A stretch of DNA of 64,000 nt from positions 333,469 through 397,468 of the forward strand of contig CAZSKK010000001.1 of assembly GCA_964607415.1 (NCBI GenBank), written 5' to 3'. Both the position numbers and the translations under genes were made by a program. Source of the DNA: an uncultured Candidatus Saccharibacteria bacterium. GTDB taxonomy: Bacteria > Patescibacteriota > Dojkabacteria > J137. The notes beneath the pieces are model-generated. The model searched no databases, had not been told where the DNA came from, and was given only the letters and a program-made list of their open reading frames with translations. This document shows, one piece after another, positions 36,452 through 45,476 of this stretch (position 1 is the stretch's first letter; each line of letters begins with the position of its first letter).

Positions 36452-37417
36452 TTAATCGTGGAATTTTCCGACCAGAATGATCAATTCCGTAATGAGAAAA
36501 ACAAAGTATAAAAGAATAAGCAGTGTTGCTTCCTTTTTTGTGATTTCTTTTCCAGTCCAGCTGAACCACATAAAAAGAACCAAAACAAAAGAAAGTAACA
36601 CGCAAACAGGAATTATTGCTAAAAAGTTTGTAAAAGTAAAACCACTAGACATTATTGCCAAAAAACCAGCTATACCAACATTAGCAGATGCACTTCCAAT
36701 AAAATTTCCAATCACTAGATTTTTGACTTTGTCTTCTTCTTTGGGAGAAGTTAACAACAATGTGATTTCAGGAATATTAGTACCAATAGCAACAACAAAT
36801 AGGCCTATTAAAGATTCAGATACTTCTAATAAACTTGCAAGCTCAACAGAAACATCAACTAAGAGTGATGAAGCAACCAGTAATATGATTATAGAAAAAG
36901 CTGCTTTAAGAAACTTGGCAAAAACTTTGCTTGCGAAAACTTTTGCTTGTCTTGCATGTTGTTTATTTTTAAACTTGTTACTGATATAAAATAAATATAC
37001 GCCATAACTTGCCATTAAAAATACTCCATCAGTTACGGAAAGAGTCTTATCTAAAAGCAACCCAACAATTAAAGAAATACTTAGCAAAGACAAAATAATT
37101 TCGTACTGACCAAACTTTCCACGAAAGCTCAAATTCCCATATTTAAGAATTGAGCCACCTATTATCAATGTAAGTAGAATCAAAGTTGCTCCAAGAAGAT
37201 TTCCAATTGAAAGTTCTGGTGCATCACTGCTGGAAGAGGCAGCAATAGCAATCTCAGGCAGTGAAGTTACAATTCCGAGAATTCCAAAGCCTACAAAAAA
37301 TTCGTTTACTTTAAGCTTTCTTGCTAGATAAACAAATGCATCCTCAACGTATTCCGCTGCCTGGACAAGTATAAAAAGCAATATTGCTATAAAACCAAAT
37401 AGAAGTAAAATGTCCAT
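36452..37417 (-). CDS. Ca2+/cation antiporter (CaCA family, YrbG-like)
   Basis: About 10 TM helices and two alpha-repeat motifs (SIGNLLGATLILL and IGNFIGSASANVGIAG). Confidence 0.6.
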   Translation of the reverse strand: MDILLLFGFIAILLFILVQAAEYVEDAFVYLARKLKVNEFFVGFGILGIVTSLPEIAIAASSSSDAPELSIGNLLGATLILLTLIIGGSILKYGNLSFRGKFGQYEIILSLLSISLIVGLLLDKTLSVTDGVFLMASYGVYLFYISNKFKNKQHARQAKVFASKVFAKFLKAAFSIIILLVASSLLVDVSVELASLLEVSESLIGLFVVAIGTNIPEITLLLTSPKEEDKVKNLVIGNFIGSASANVGIAGFLAIMSSGFTFTNFLAIIPVCVLLSFVLVLFMWFSWTGKEITKKEATLLILLYFVFLITELIILVGKFHD

Positions 37418-37624
37418 ATATAGAGATTAGTGATTAGAGCCAAAGACTAGAGACAAGAGATTAGGTTTTGGATTCAAAAATTACAAAAGTTACAATTAAA
37501 AGAATTTATTTTTCCAGATGCATTACTTTAACGATAATCTTTGAAATTTTTCTCTAATTGTAAATTGATAATTTAATTTATATTATTTGCCTATTTTGGT
37601 GTCTGTTTTTGGCTCTCTATATAC
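37418..37624. repeat. Intergenic segment bounded by ~18-bp inverted repeats (TATATAGAGAGCCAAAAA-like)
   Basis: Left end: tatatagaga[ttagtgatta]gagccaaag. Right end: tttttggctctctatata. The left copy carries a 10-nt internal duplication. Confidence 0.35.
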
Positions 37625-37627
37625 CTA

Positions 37628-40018
37628 CTATACTTCATACACCCTGCCCATCTCTTTTTTTCTTTGATAATATTTAGACACACCTAAAATTAATACAGTC
37701 GCAACAGGCACTACTAATCCAACAATAAGCAATGTATTCTTTTCATCTTTATTCAAATCAATTCTAGGTGCCACTCTAGTTTTAGCTTTAATTTCTGAAA
37801 TAGCTTTTTCATTTGCTAACCATTCCAAACTAGAAAGCCCAAAAGTAAAGTTATCATTTTGATTAATATACTGATCAGTCAGAAACAAAGAATCAGCTAC
37901 TATAATTGCCCTACCTCCTTGCTTATTTTCCAAAGACAATGCAATTGTTTTTATTGAATCTGTATCTTTATATGACCATCTTTGTCCTGGCTCCAACTTC
38001 ACTTCTTCAATAGTTTGAATATTTCCATCCGGGCTTGTCTCTAAAAGCCGTGTTAAAGTTCTTTCCTTCTCTGATGAGTTTTCAATTGTAATAGAACTTG
38101 CCCACAGAAAAGACACATTGTTAACTTGAGCAATAACAGGATTATTTTCTCCGGTCGTAATAGATTTTATCCACAAAGGATAATCTACAGGAATAACAAT
38201 AAGATCACTTCCACCATTAATTTGATTATTACTTGAAAGATCATAGACAAAATTCTGGTCAACAACCACACCATAATCACTAAACAGGTCAGCCATGGAA
38301 AACTCGTTGATAGTAGGCGATAGTGTTTCAAAAGGCACATCAATTGTTTCTGTCATTAAAAAGACTGATTTACCACTTTCAAAAAAATTCTTAATGTTAC
38401 TTATAACTTCATCTGGGTATTTTGCATTTGGAGCTGTAAGAACTATTACATCAATATCATCAGGGATTTCTGATTGACTTTCATCTAAGGTTAGATCCCT
38501 TATATCATAAAGCTCATCTAGTTCAGTTGATAAGTTTCTATAATCTGATAATCTTCCTTTTATTACATTATTGGGAACGAAGGCTATTACTTGTTTTTCC
38601 GTCTTTGTCAATTTTTGGATTTTCTTGGTAAGTTGAAATTCAATATCACTTGTAATACTACCCGTACTTCCAACCAATTGTAATGCTTCACTTGTTTGCT
38701 CATAAGAAATCTTTAAGCCAAAATATCCTACAGCTCTTTGGCTACTATCTTGAGTGTTGACTGCAAATACAAGTTCCTGCAAACCTATTTGACTTGCCTC
38801 AGTCGCAGCGGAATCATCTTTATCTGTATATTTTTTTTCTATGTTAATTTTCCCTTTAGATTGAATAGCATAATCTCTCAATATATCTTCAACGCTTCTA
38901 AGTTCCTCTTGAAACTGCATTGGAAGGTTTGTAGAAGTATATAAAGTAATTGTCATGTCATTAGCTATTTCAGTGATTATTGATTTTGTTGAATCAGAAA
39001 GTGTGTATTTTTTATTTGAAGTAAAATCAATCCTACCTGGTATAAATTGCCCTAATGCTCCTATTGTTATTACAACTACAATTGATACAATTAAGACAAC
39101 TTGTGAAATTCTTAAGACTTTGCTATTTGCAGGATATTTTATTTTTGCTAAAGAATAGTTTGATATAACTAGAAAAACTACAATAAAAGATGCGAAATAA
39201 ATTACATCCCTAATATCCAAAACGCCCCTAGAAAGTGAGACAAAATGAGCGTATAGTCCTACTTTGCTCAAAATTGCATCAAAATTAGCAGGCAATATTC
39301 TTATTATTTCTGAACCCACAAGAGTTAAAATTCCAGAGACTACTAAACTTGTTAAAAAAGCTGAAATTTCATTTTTAAATAGCGAAGAGGATGCAATTCC
39401 AACGCTTGCAAAACAAACTCCCAATATAAACGCTCCAACATATTGCATAGCAATCTGACCGTTATCAACAGCTGAAATGTTGCCTATGAACAAAGTAATT
39501 GGTGTTGTAAGAATTAACATGATAACTATAATAAAGCTTACAGAGAACAACTTAGAAAGCAAAAATTGCAATTCAGTAATAGGCTTTGTTAGGATATATT
39601 CTATTGTTGTGTTTTCCTTTTCCTTTGAGATTGCTCCCATCGTAAGGGCTGGAATTATGAAAACAAATGCAAAAGATATACTTGTAAAAAGTTGCGTTAA
39701 ATCCGATGTTCCAAATTCAAGGTATCTAAAAACTCCAAGCAGAATTCCGCACACAGCAATAACAAACATTGTAAGGACTATGTAGACAAGTGTAGAAGAG
39801 AAATAGTTATTAATCTCTTTTTTGGTTAGATAATAGAGCACTTTAAAGCCTGAAACACTTTCTTTAAGGCTTTTTTTAGGGTCAAGCCTAAATTTAGAAA
39901 TCGGTTCAGGTTTATAAGTAGTCACACTCTTTGACTTATTCTTATCTTGAGCCTTATTCTTAATTTTGCTCTTATTCACACTCTTAGCTTTACTTGTTGT
40001 TTTTTTACTAGTTGCCAT
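37628..40018 (-). CDS. Fused ABC-2 type permease (GldF-like) and large extracytoplasmic GldG-like auxiliary domain with a C-terminal TM anchor
   Basis: 796 aa. A basic N-terminal tail is followed by ~6 TM helices, a ~450-aa hydrophilic domain and a final TM (LLIVGLVVPVATVLILGV). The cognate ATPase is immediately downstream on the same strand. Confidence 0.55.
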   Translation of the reverse strand: MATSKKTTSKAKSVNKSKIKNKAQDKNKSKSVTTYKPEPISKFRLDPKKSLKESVSGFKVLYYLTKKEINNYFSSTLVYIVLTMFVIAVCGILLGVFRYLEFGTSDLTQLFTSISFAFVFIIPALTMGAISKEKENTTIEYILTKPITELQFLLSKLFSVSFIIVIMLILTTPITLFIGNISAVDNGQIAMQYVGAFILGVCFASVGIASSSLFKNEISAFLTSLVVSGILTLVGSEIIRILPANFDAILSKVGLYAHFVSLSRGVLDIRDVIYFASFIVVFLVISNYSLAKIKYPANSKVLRISQVVLIVSIVVVITIGALGQFIPGRIDFTSNKKYTLSDSTKSIITEIANDMTITLYTSTNLPMQFQEELRSVEDILRDYAIQSKGKINIEKKYTDKDDSAATEASQIGLQELVFAVNTQDSSQRAVGYFGLKISYEQTSEALQLVGSTGSITSDIEFQLTKKIQKLTKTEKQVIAFVPNNVIKGRLSDYRNLSTELDELYDIRDLTLDESQSEIPDDIDVIVLTAPNAKYPDEVISNIKNFFESGKSVFLMTETIDVPFETLSPTINEFSMADLFSDYGVVVDQNFVYDLSSNNQINGGSDLIVIPVDYPLWIKSITTGENNPVIAQVNNVSFLWASSITIENSSEKERTLTRLLETSPDGNIQTIEEVKLEPGQRWSYKDTDSIKTIALSLENKQGGRAIIVADSLFLTDQYINQNDNFTFGLSSLEWLANEKAISEIKAKTRVAPRIDLNKDEKNTLLIVGLVVPVATVLILGVSKYYQRKKEMGRVYEV

Positions 40019-40151
40019 TCTAATTTGTTTAGTTAAAATGTTTCGAGCTTACGTGTCTAGAAAAAATTGTTTCAAAAATTAAATTTATTTAAAAATTGAT
40101 ATATTGTATCATCGTTATATTCCGCAATAAAGGCGGTATGACGCATCTTTG

Positions 40152-40889
40152 CTATCTTGTGACTTCCTCCACTCCCTTTGTTACTTCTCTAAAAAGCTCC
40201 TCAAGTGTAATTTTTCTTTTGATAAGGTCCCTGGAAGTTTTTTCAATGCTTTCATCGTAAACGACTTTCCCTTTGTTAATTATTACTACTCTTGTACACA
40301 TTGCTTCCACTTCTTGCATAACATGCGTGCTAATCAAAACGGTTCTTTCCTTACCTAAACTCTTAATCAAGTTTCTTATTTCTAGCCTTTGATTCGGATC
40401 TAATCCTTCTGTTGGTTCGTCTAGAATTAAAATCTTAGGATCATGCACCAACACCTGATCAAGCCCAACTCTTTGTTTATAACCTTTTGACAACTGCGAG
40501 ATAGGCCTATAATAAACATTTTCAATTCCTGTTGATTGGACCACATAATCAATTCTTTCTTTCCATAATGATCTCTTAACACCATGAAGTTCAAGTGAAA
40601 ATTGAATTGCATCTCGAACCAGCATTTCTTTATAAAGTGGGTTATTTTCTGGCATGTAACCAATTATTCTTTGTGATTCTATTAAGTTGTCTTTTAAATC
40701 TTTATTATCAATCTCAACCTTGCCTTCATCAGCAACCAGGAAGCCGGAAATTATTTTCATAGTTGTGCTTTTACCTGCACCATTCGGTCCAAGAAGAGCA
40801 ACAATTTCAGAAGTCTCAATTTCTAGAGAAAGATTATCAACTGCATTAACCTTACCGTAAGTCTTAGTGATTTTAGAAAGTTTTATCAT
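40152..40889 (-). CDS. ABC transporter ATP-binding protein (ABC-2 / GldA-like)
   Basis: Walker A GPNGAGKST, signature LSKGYKQRV and Walker B ILILDEPT. Confidence 0.85.
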   Translation of the reverse strand: MIKLSKITKTYGKVNAVDNLSLEIETSEIVALLGPNGAGKSTTMKIISGFLVADEGKVEIDNKDLKDNLIESQRIIGYMPENNPLYKEMLVRDAIQFSLELHGVKRSLWKERIDYVVQSTGIENVYYRPISQLSKGYKQRVGLDQVLVHDPKILILDEPTEGLDPNQRLEIRNLIKSLGKERTVLISTHVMQEVEAMCTRVVIINKGKVVYDESIEKTSRDLIKRKITLEELFREVTKGVEEVTR

Positions 40890-40992
40890 AGGTATAGTAA
40901 TTTGTATTCATTCATTTTATAATACGTTTGCCCCTTGAAGTCAAGAAAAACCCCTATGAAGATTTAGTGAATATTATTTTTATTCCTTAAAA

Positions 40993-41496
40993 ATGAGTAT
41001 TTTTCATTTCCAACCGGACAAACCGGTTGACAGTAATGCCGCTGATGGAATCTGCTGTGTTGCTTTACACTTACATTACCAAGACTTCCCTTTAGATGAA
41101 GTTACAGGACAGATTAGGTTGTTACTAAGTAATACTACTGGACTACTTGAAGATCCTAGCTCCGGGACCAAAGCAAAAATAATGAAATTTCTTCTTGAAG
41201 AAGAAATTCCTGAAACGTTTGCAGAAGAGCTAAAAGATCCCGCCTTTTATAATAAAGTTGTACTTCGTTTGAGAGCATCCCGAACGTCTATAGATACATT
41301 CGTTAACGAATGTCTGAAAGGTATAAATACAGATCTAGAGCGATGGAAGAATTTAGACAATACTCTTGGTAAAAAAGAACATTTCCAAAATTTATCGAGA
41401 ATGCTTACAAGAGTGCAAAAAAGAATGATAGAATTTTTAGACAATAATTGTCACATTAAAACACAAAATATTAATAATTTAACTTTTGAGCAGTAA
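40993..41496 (+). CDS. Hypothetical protein
   Basis: 167-aa ORF with no motif. Confidence 0.35.
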   Translation: MSIFHFQPDKPVDSNAADGICCVALHLHYQDFPLDEVTGQIRLLLSNTTGLLEDPSSGTKAKIMKFLLEEEIPETFAEELKDPAFYNKVVLRLRASRTSIDTFVNECLKGINTDLERWKNLDNTLGKKEHFQNLSRMLTRVQKRMIEFLDNNCHIKTQNINNLTFEQ

Positions 41497-41501
41497 AATT
41501 T

Positions 41502-41996
41502 ATGGATAGAGCTTTACAACAAATAGAAACTCCTGTTATAGAACTAACACCGATTGCTTCAAAGATTCAAAGCTTATGTGAAATTCCTAATAATCAATTA
41601 GCTGTAGATGATATAAATACCTTTTTATTTGGTGGTAGACACGACGAAAGTAATTATGCCACGACAAAATTTTTGCAAAATAATAACGAGGGTATTCTTG
41701 AATATCTGGAAAAGTTATCCCACCAAATAATAGACCGTACAGCCAGAGCGATACTCCAACTTGATATAGATTTTTTTCATATGCAATATTCTGGAAAACT
41801 AGAAATACATGGTGAGACTGGCCAAATAGTCGATAGGTTAACTGAGGAGGACTTAAAAAATTTAGAACACGATCCAGGTTGTCTAAAACTATATAAAGGA
41901 ATTAAATCCAACCAAGAACTTCTATTTAAATTAAACTTAGGCAAAACGCGCATAAAAAAATTGAAGCAGACAAGCTGGATAGACGGTATACTGTGA
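41502..41996 (+). CDS. Hypothetical protein
   Basis: 164-aa ORF, 5 nt after the previous ORF. Confidence 0.35.
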   Translation: MDRALQQIETPVIELTPIASKIQSLCEIPNNQLAVDDINTFLFGGRHDESNYATTKFLQNNNEGILEYLEKLSHQIIDRTARAILQLDIDFFHMQYSGKLEIHGETGQIVDRLTEEDLKNLEHDPGCLKLYKGIKSNQELLFKLNLGKTRIKKLKQTSWIDGIL

Positions 41997-42029
41997 AATT
42001 AAATGTTTACATTTACTGTTTTTCACTCT

Positions 42030-42330
42030 ATAATTAATTCAACTCACAAGGATGAAAGTTCCCAGCTTTCGGAGTGATGGCAGAACTGCGATTAATTCGA
42101 ATAATGCCAGCTGAACTTGCAGTGTTAAAACAAGAACAACGAGTCTCGCGAATTCGAGAGAAACAAGGTGGTACCGTGAACAATTTACAATTTTAAATTT
42201 TTTAATTTCCAAATCATTAACTTGAAAATTGGTAATTAGAATTTTAAAATTAATTGCATCGCCCTTGCATTTAGATATTAGCTAAAGATTTTGTCTTTAT
42301 TTAGTATTTGAGCGCAAGGGTTTTTTGTTT
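42030..42330 (+). promoter_or_regulatory. T-box riboswitch-like leader of proS
   Basis: The GC-rich structured leader contains AACAAGGUGGUACCGUG at 42163..42179, matching the T-box consensus AAnnnGGGUGGUACCGCG. A helix tctcg-cgaatt-cgaga lies just upstream. A downstream hairpin (cccttgc...gcaaggg) plus a U-tract sits at 42262..42326. Candidate Pro specifier triplets (CCC at about 42077, CCA at about 42111) were not resolved. Confidence 0.5.
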
Positions 42331-42403
42331 ATCTCTGCTGATTACCGAAAACTGAAAATAATTTTAATTACTGAAAACACATAACTCATTACTCACAACC
42401 AAT

Positions 42404-44116
42404 ATGAAATACTCAACTTTATTCGGAAAAACCGTTCGAGAAGCAACCAAAGATATGGCTATGACTTCTCACAAATTACTTTACCAGGCAGGATTTATTA
42501 GAGAATCTACTGCAGGTAGATACTTCTTTCTACCACTAGGTTGGAAAGTTCATGACAAGATTAAGCAAATCATCAAAGAGGAAATGGACAAAGCTGGAGG
42601 ACAGGAAATGATTTCGCCAGTTTTACATCCATTGGAACTTTGGAAAGAAACCAATAGAACTAATACAGTAGGATTTGAATTAATGGTAATTAAGGATCAT
42701 AGAGGTGCAGAATTTGCACTTGGAGGAACAGCAGAAGAAATGTTTGTAGATGTAGTTCGGAAATTTCAACTGAGCTATAAAGACTTGCCATTTAATATTT
42801 ATCAATTCTCAACAAAATTTAGAGATGAAAAACGAGCTCGTGGTGGTCTTTTAAGGGTTAGAGAATTTGTAATGAAAGATGCCTATTCATTTGATAAAGA
42901 TGAAGAAAGCTTTAAAAAAACTTACACATTAATGGCTGAAACTTACAAAAAAATATTTGAACGCGTAGGCTTAAATGCATTTATGGTGCCTGCTGATAAT
43001 GGTTACATTGGTGGTGAATACTGTGATGAATTTCAAGTTGAGCACGAGAAAGGTGAGGGTAAATTTTTTGTATCTGAAGATGGAACTTATATTGCGCATG
43101 AAGACATTGCTACATTTAAACATGAAGAAAAAAATCTTTCAGAAGGGCTTAAAGAATATCAGGAGATTGACGCAGTTAGAGGAAACTCAATGGAAGATGG
43201 GGTGAAACTTCATGGATTACCACTTTGGCAACAAATGAAAGATGTAATGTTTGCAGATGAAAAAGGAAATCTTATTTTATGCATAATTCGTGGAGATTTA
43301 GATGTTAACGAAACAAAAGCACTACACGCATCTGGAGCAGCTCAGTTAAGGCCTGCAACAGAAGAAGAAATTAGAGCCATTGGATCTGAACCAGGATTTA
43401 TTTCTCCCGTTGGGTTAAAGGGTAAAGTTAAAATCATTGGTGATACTTCGCTTAGAACTGTAAAAAATATGTATGGTGGTGCAAATAAAAAACATAAAGA
43501 TGTACTTAACATGAATATTGATCGTGATTATCAACTGGATATTGAAGCGGATATTGCAATGGCACAAGATGGATTTTTGTCTCCAGATGGTAAAAGTGTT
43601 TTGAAAGAAAAACGCGGAATTGAAGTTGGAAATATATTTCAGCTTGGTTACCACTATACAAATCTTATGCAAAACGCTTTGTATACAGATGAAGATGGTA
43701 CTCAGAAGAAATTTTATATGGGATGTTACGGTATTGGACTTGGAAGAACTTTGGCAACAATTGTAGAAAAACATCATGATGAAAAAGGTATTATTTGGCC
43801 TAAGTCAGTTACTCCATTTCATGTACATTTGGTAACAATTGCAAAGTCTATAGATGATGAAAGTTATAACAAATCAAATGAACTTTATAATAAACTGATG
43901 GCTAGTGGAATTGATGTACTTTGGGATGATAGGTTGGATGTATCTGCAGGTGGTAAGTTTAATGATTCAGATTTAATAGGAATTCCTTTAAGACTTATAA
44001 TTAGTCCTAAAACTTTAGAGCAAAATGGTGTTGAAGTTAAAGAAAGATCTAAATCTGACTTTGAAATAATGGCAGAAGACAAACTGGTTGAATTTATAAA
44101 GAGTTATTATAAGTAG
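42404..44116 (+). CDS. proS: Prolyl-tRNA synthetase (bacterial type with an INS editing domain)
   Basis: 570 aa. Class II motifs FRDEKRARGGLLRVREFVMKDAYSF, an INS-like insert (GFISPVGLKG) and a C-terminal anticodon-binding domain. Confidence 0.9.
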   Translation: MKYSTLFGKTVREATKDMAMTSHKLLYQAGFIRESTAGRYFFLPLGWKVHDKIKQIIKEEMDKAGGQEMISPVLHPLELWKETNRTNTVGFELMVIKDHRGAEFALGGTAEEMFVDVVRKFQLSYKDLPFNIYQFSTKFRDEKRARGGLLRVREFVMKDAYSFDKDEESFKKTYTLMAETYKKIFERVGLNAFMVPADNGYIGGEYCDEFQVEHEKGEGKFFVSEDGTYIAHEDIATFKHEEKNLSEGLKEYQEIDAVRGNSMEDGVKLHGLPLWQQMKDVMFADEKGNLILCIIRGDLDVNETKALHASGAAQLRPATEEEIRAIGSEPGFISPVGLKGKVKIIGDTSLRTVKNMYGGANKKHKDVLNMNIDRDYQLDIEADIAMAQDGFLSPDGKSVLKEKRGIEVGNIFQLGYHYTNLMQNALYTDEDGTQKKFYMGCYGIGLGRTLATIVEKHHDEKGIIWPKSVTPFHVHLVTIAKSIDDESYNKSNELYNKLMASGIDVLWDDRLDVSAGGKFNDSDLIGIPLRLIISPKTLEQNGVEVKERSKSDFEIMAEDKLVEFIKSYYK

Positions 44117-44117
44117 A

Positions 44118-44615
44118 TTGGACACAACTTTTGGACCTGGATTTACCAACTTTGAAAAAAACCCTGTTCATAAGCTTACTAAGTACTTTCAACACTGGCC
44201 AACAAGTATAGAGTCTAGTGAAGTTGCAATTGAATCTACTGAAGAAGATTCAAATTTCCGAGAATTACTTACTCAACAGATGCGTATTGGATTTTTAGCA
44301 TACCTTGAAGTAATGACCAGGGAAAGAGAAGTTTCAAACTACTATTTAGAAATTTATATTCCGAGAGAAGCACTCAAAATTGTACGAGCTTATAAAGACG
44401 AATGCGTTGTTTGTGCATTATTCAATGCATCGGAACCTGATTTCTTTGATTTTGCCCTTTCAAAATTTTCTTATGATAAGCACGATATGACCCACGGGGC
44501 TCTTGTTGACTTCGCCTATGATATTTATGAAATAAAATATCATAGCCAGTTAGGCGAAAGCGTTATCGATTGGCTAACCAGCACCTTACAAGGAGAAGAC
44601 GATGATGATAGCTAA
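44118..44615 (+). CDS. Hypothetical acidic protein ending in a poly-Asp tail
   Basis: 165 aa, starting 2 nt after the proS stop. The C-terminus reads ...LQGEDDDDS. Confidence 0.35.
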   Translation: MDTTFGPGFTNFEKNPVHKLTKYFQHWPTSIESSEVAIESTEEDSNFRELLTQQMRIGFLAYLEVMTREREVSNYYLEIYIPREALKIVRAYKDECVVCALFNASEPDFFDFALSKFSYDKHDMTHGALVDFAYDIYEIKYHSQLGESVIDWLTSTLQGEDDDDS

Positions 44616-44662
44616 CCTCTAACCTAATTCGCTCTAATACTCCCTACACCTTACTTCTAGTG

Positions 44663-45370
44663 TTACTCAACTATCTTCCCACTTTCCATCTTAATAATTC
44701 TTTCTGTCTTTTCAGCAATTTCTTCGTCGTGAGTTACTACAACAACTGTAATATCGTATTTTTTATTTAGATCAAGAATCAAATCAAACACTTCAAATGC
44801 TGTTTTTCGATCAAGATTTCCAGTTGGTTCATCTGCCCAAATCACTGATGGTTTATGAACCAAAGCTCTTGCGATTGTAACTCTTTGCCTTTGGCCTCCT
44901 GAAAGCTCGTTTGGTTTGTGGTCGATTCTATCTTTCAGGCCTACAACTTCCAACATTTCAATTGCAAGTTTTTTAGCTTTTTTCTGAGGCATCCCAGAAA
45001 TTAATAAAGGCATTTCAACGTTTTCCAAAGCTGTTAAAACTGGAATTAAGTTAAAAGTTTGAAAGATGAATCCCATGTTTCTTGCTCTGTATGCAGTCTT
45101 TTTTCTATCCTTCATTTTTTGAATGTCTTGACCTGCAATTAGAATTTGACCTTCAGAAGCCTCATCAATTCCTGAAAGACAATTCATTAAAGTAGTTTTT
45201 CCAGATCCTGATGGACCCATGATTGCCACTACTTCACCTTTTTGAATCTCAAGATTTACTCCATCAACTGCCCTAACTTCGTTTGGCAGTCCTTTGTTGT
45301 ACACTTTGTGAAGATCTACTGCCTTCACGATGATTTCTTTTTTAGATTTTTCTGTTTTTTTATCGGCCAT
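44663..45370 (-). CDS. ABC transporter ATP-binding protein (MacB/LolD-type)
   Basis: GPSGSGKTT, LSGGQRQRV and IWADEPTGNLD motifs. Confidence 0.85.
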   Translation of the reverse strand: MADKKTEKSKKEIIVKAVDLHKVYNKGLPNEVRAVDGVNLEIQKGEVVAIMGPSGSGKTTLMNCLSGIDEASEGQILIAGQDIQKMKDRKKTAYRARNMGFIFQTFNLIPVLTALENVEMPLLISGMPQKKAKKLAIEMLEVVGLKDRIDHKPNELSGGQRQRVTIARALVHKPSVIWADEPTGNLDRKTAFEVFDLILDLNKKYDITVVVVTHDEEIAEKTERIIKMESGKIVE

Positions 45371-45417
45371 ATCATTTGTTTTAAGAATTATTATTAAACT
45401 ATAGTTTTAAGGTTTTC

Positions 45418-45476
45418 GTTTGAGCTATCGGATGTCTGCTTTCAGCTATCTGAGAGCTGATGGCTGATAGCTGCTT
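45418..45476. repeat. Palindromic intergenic repeat (family R2), copy b, between the permease stop and the ATPase start
   Basis: gagctatcggatgtctgctttcagctatctgagagctgatggctgatagctgc. It shares an identical 12-mer and 16-mer with 4481..4563. Confidence 0.5.

Noticed and set aside
36405-36605. 66-aa minus-strand ORF overlapping the 3' end of the CaCA transporter gene
   Set aside because: It is in an alternative frame of a well-supported membrane-protein gene and is not independently supported.
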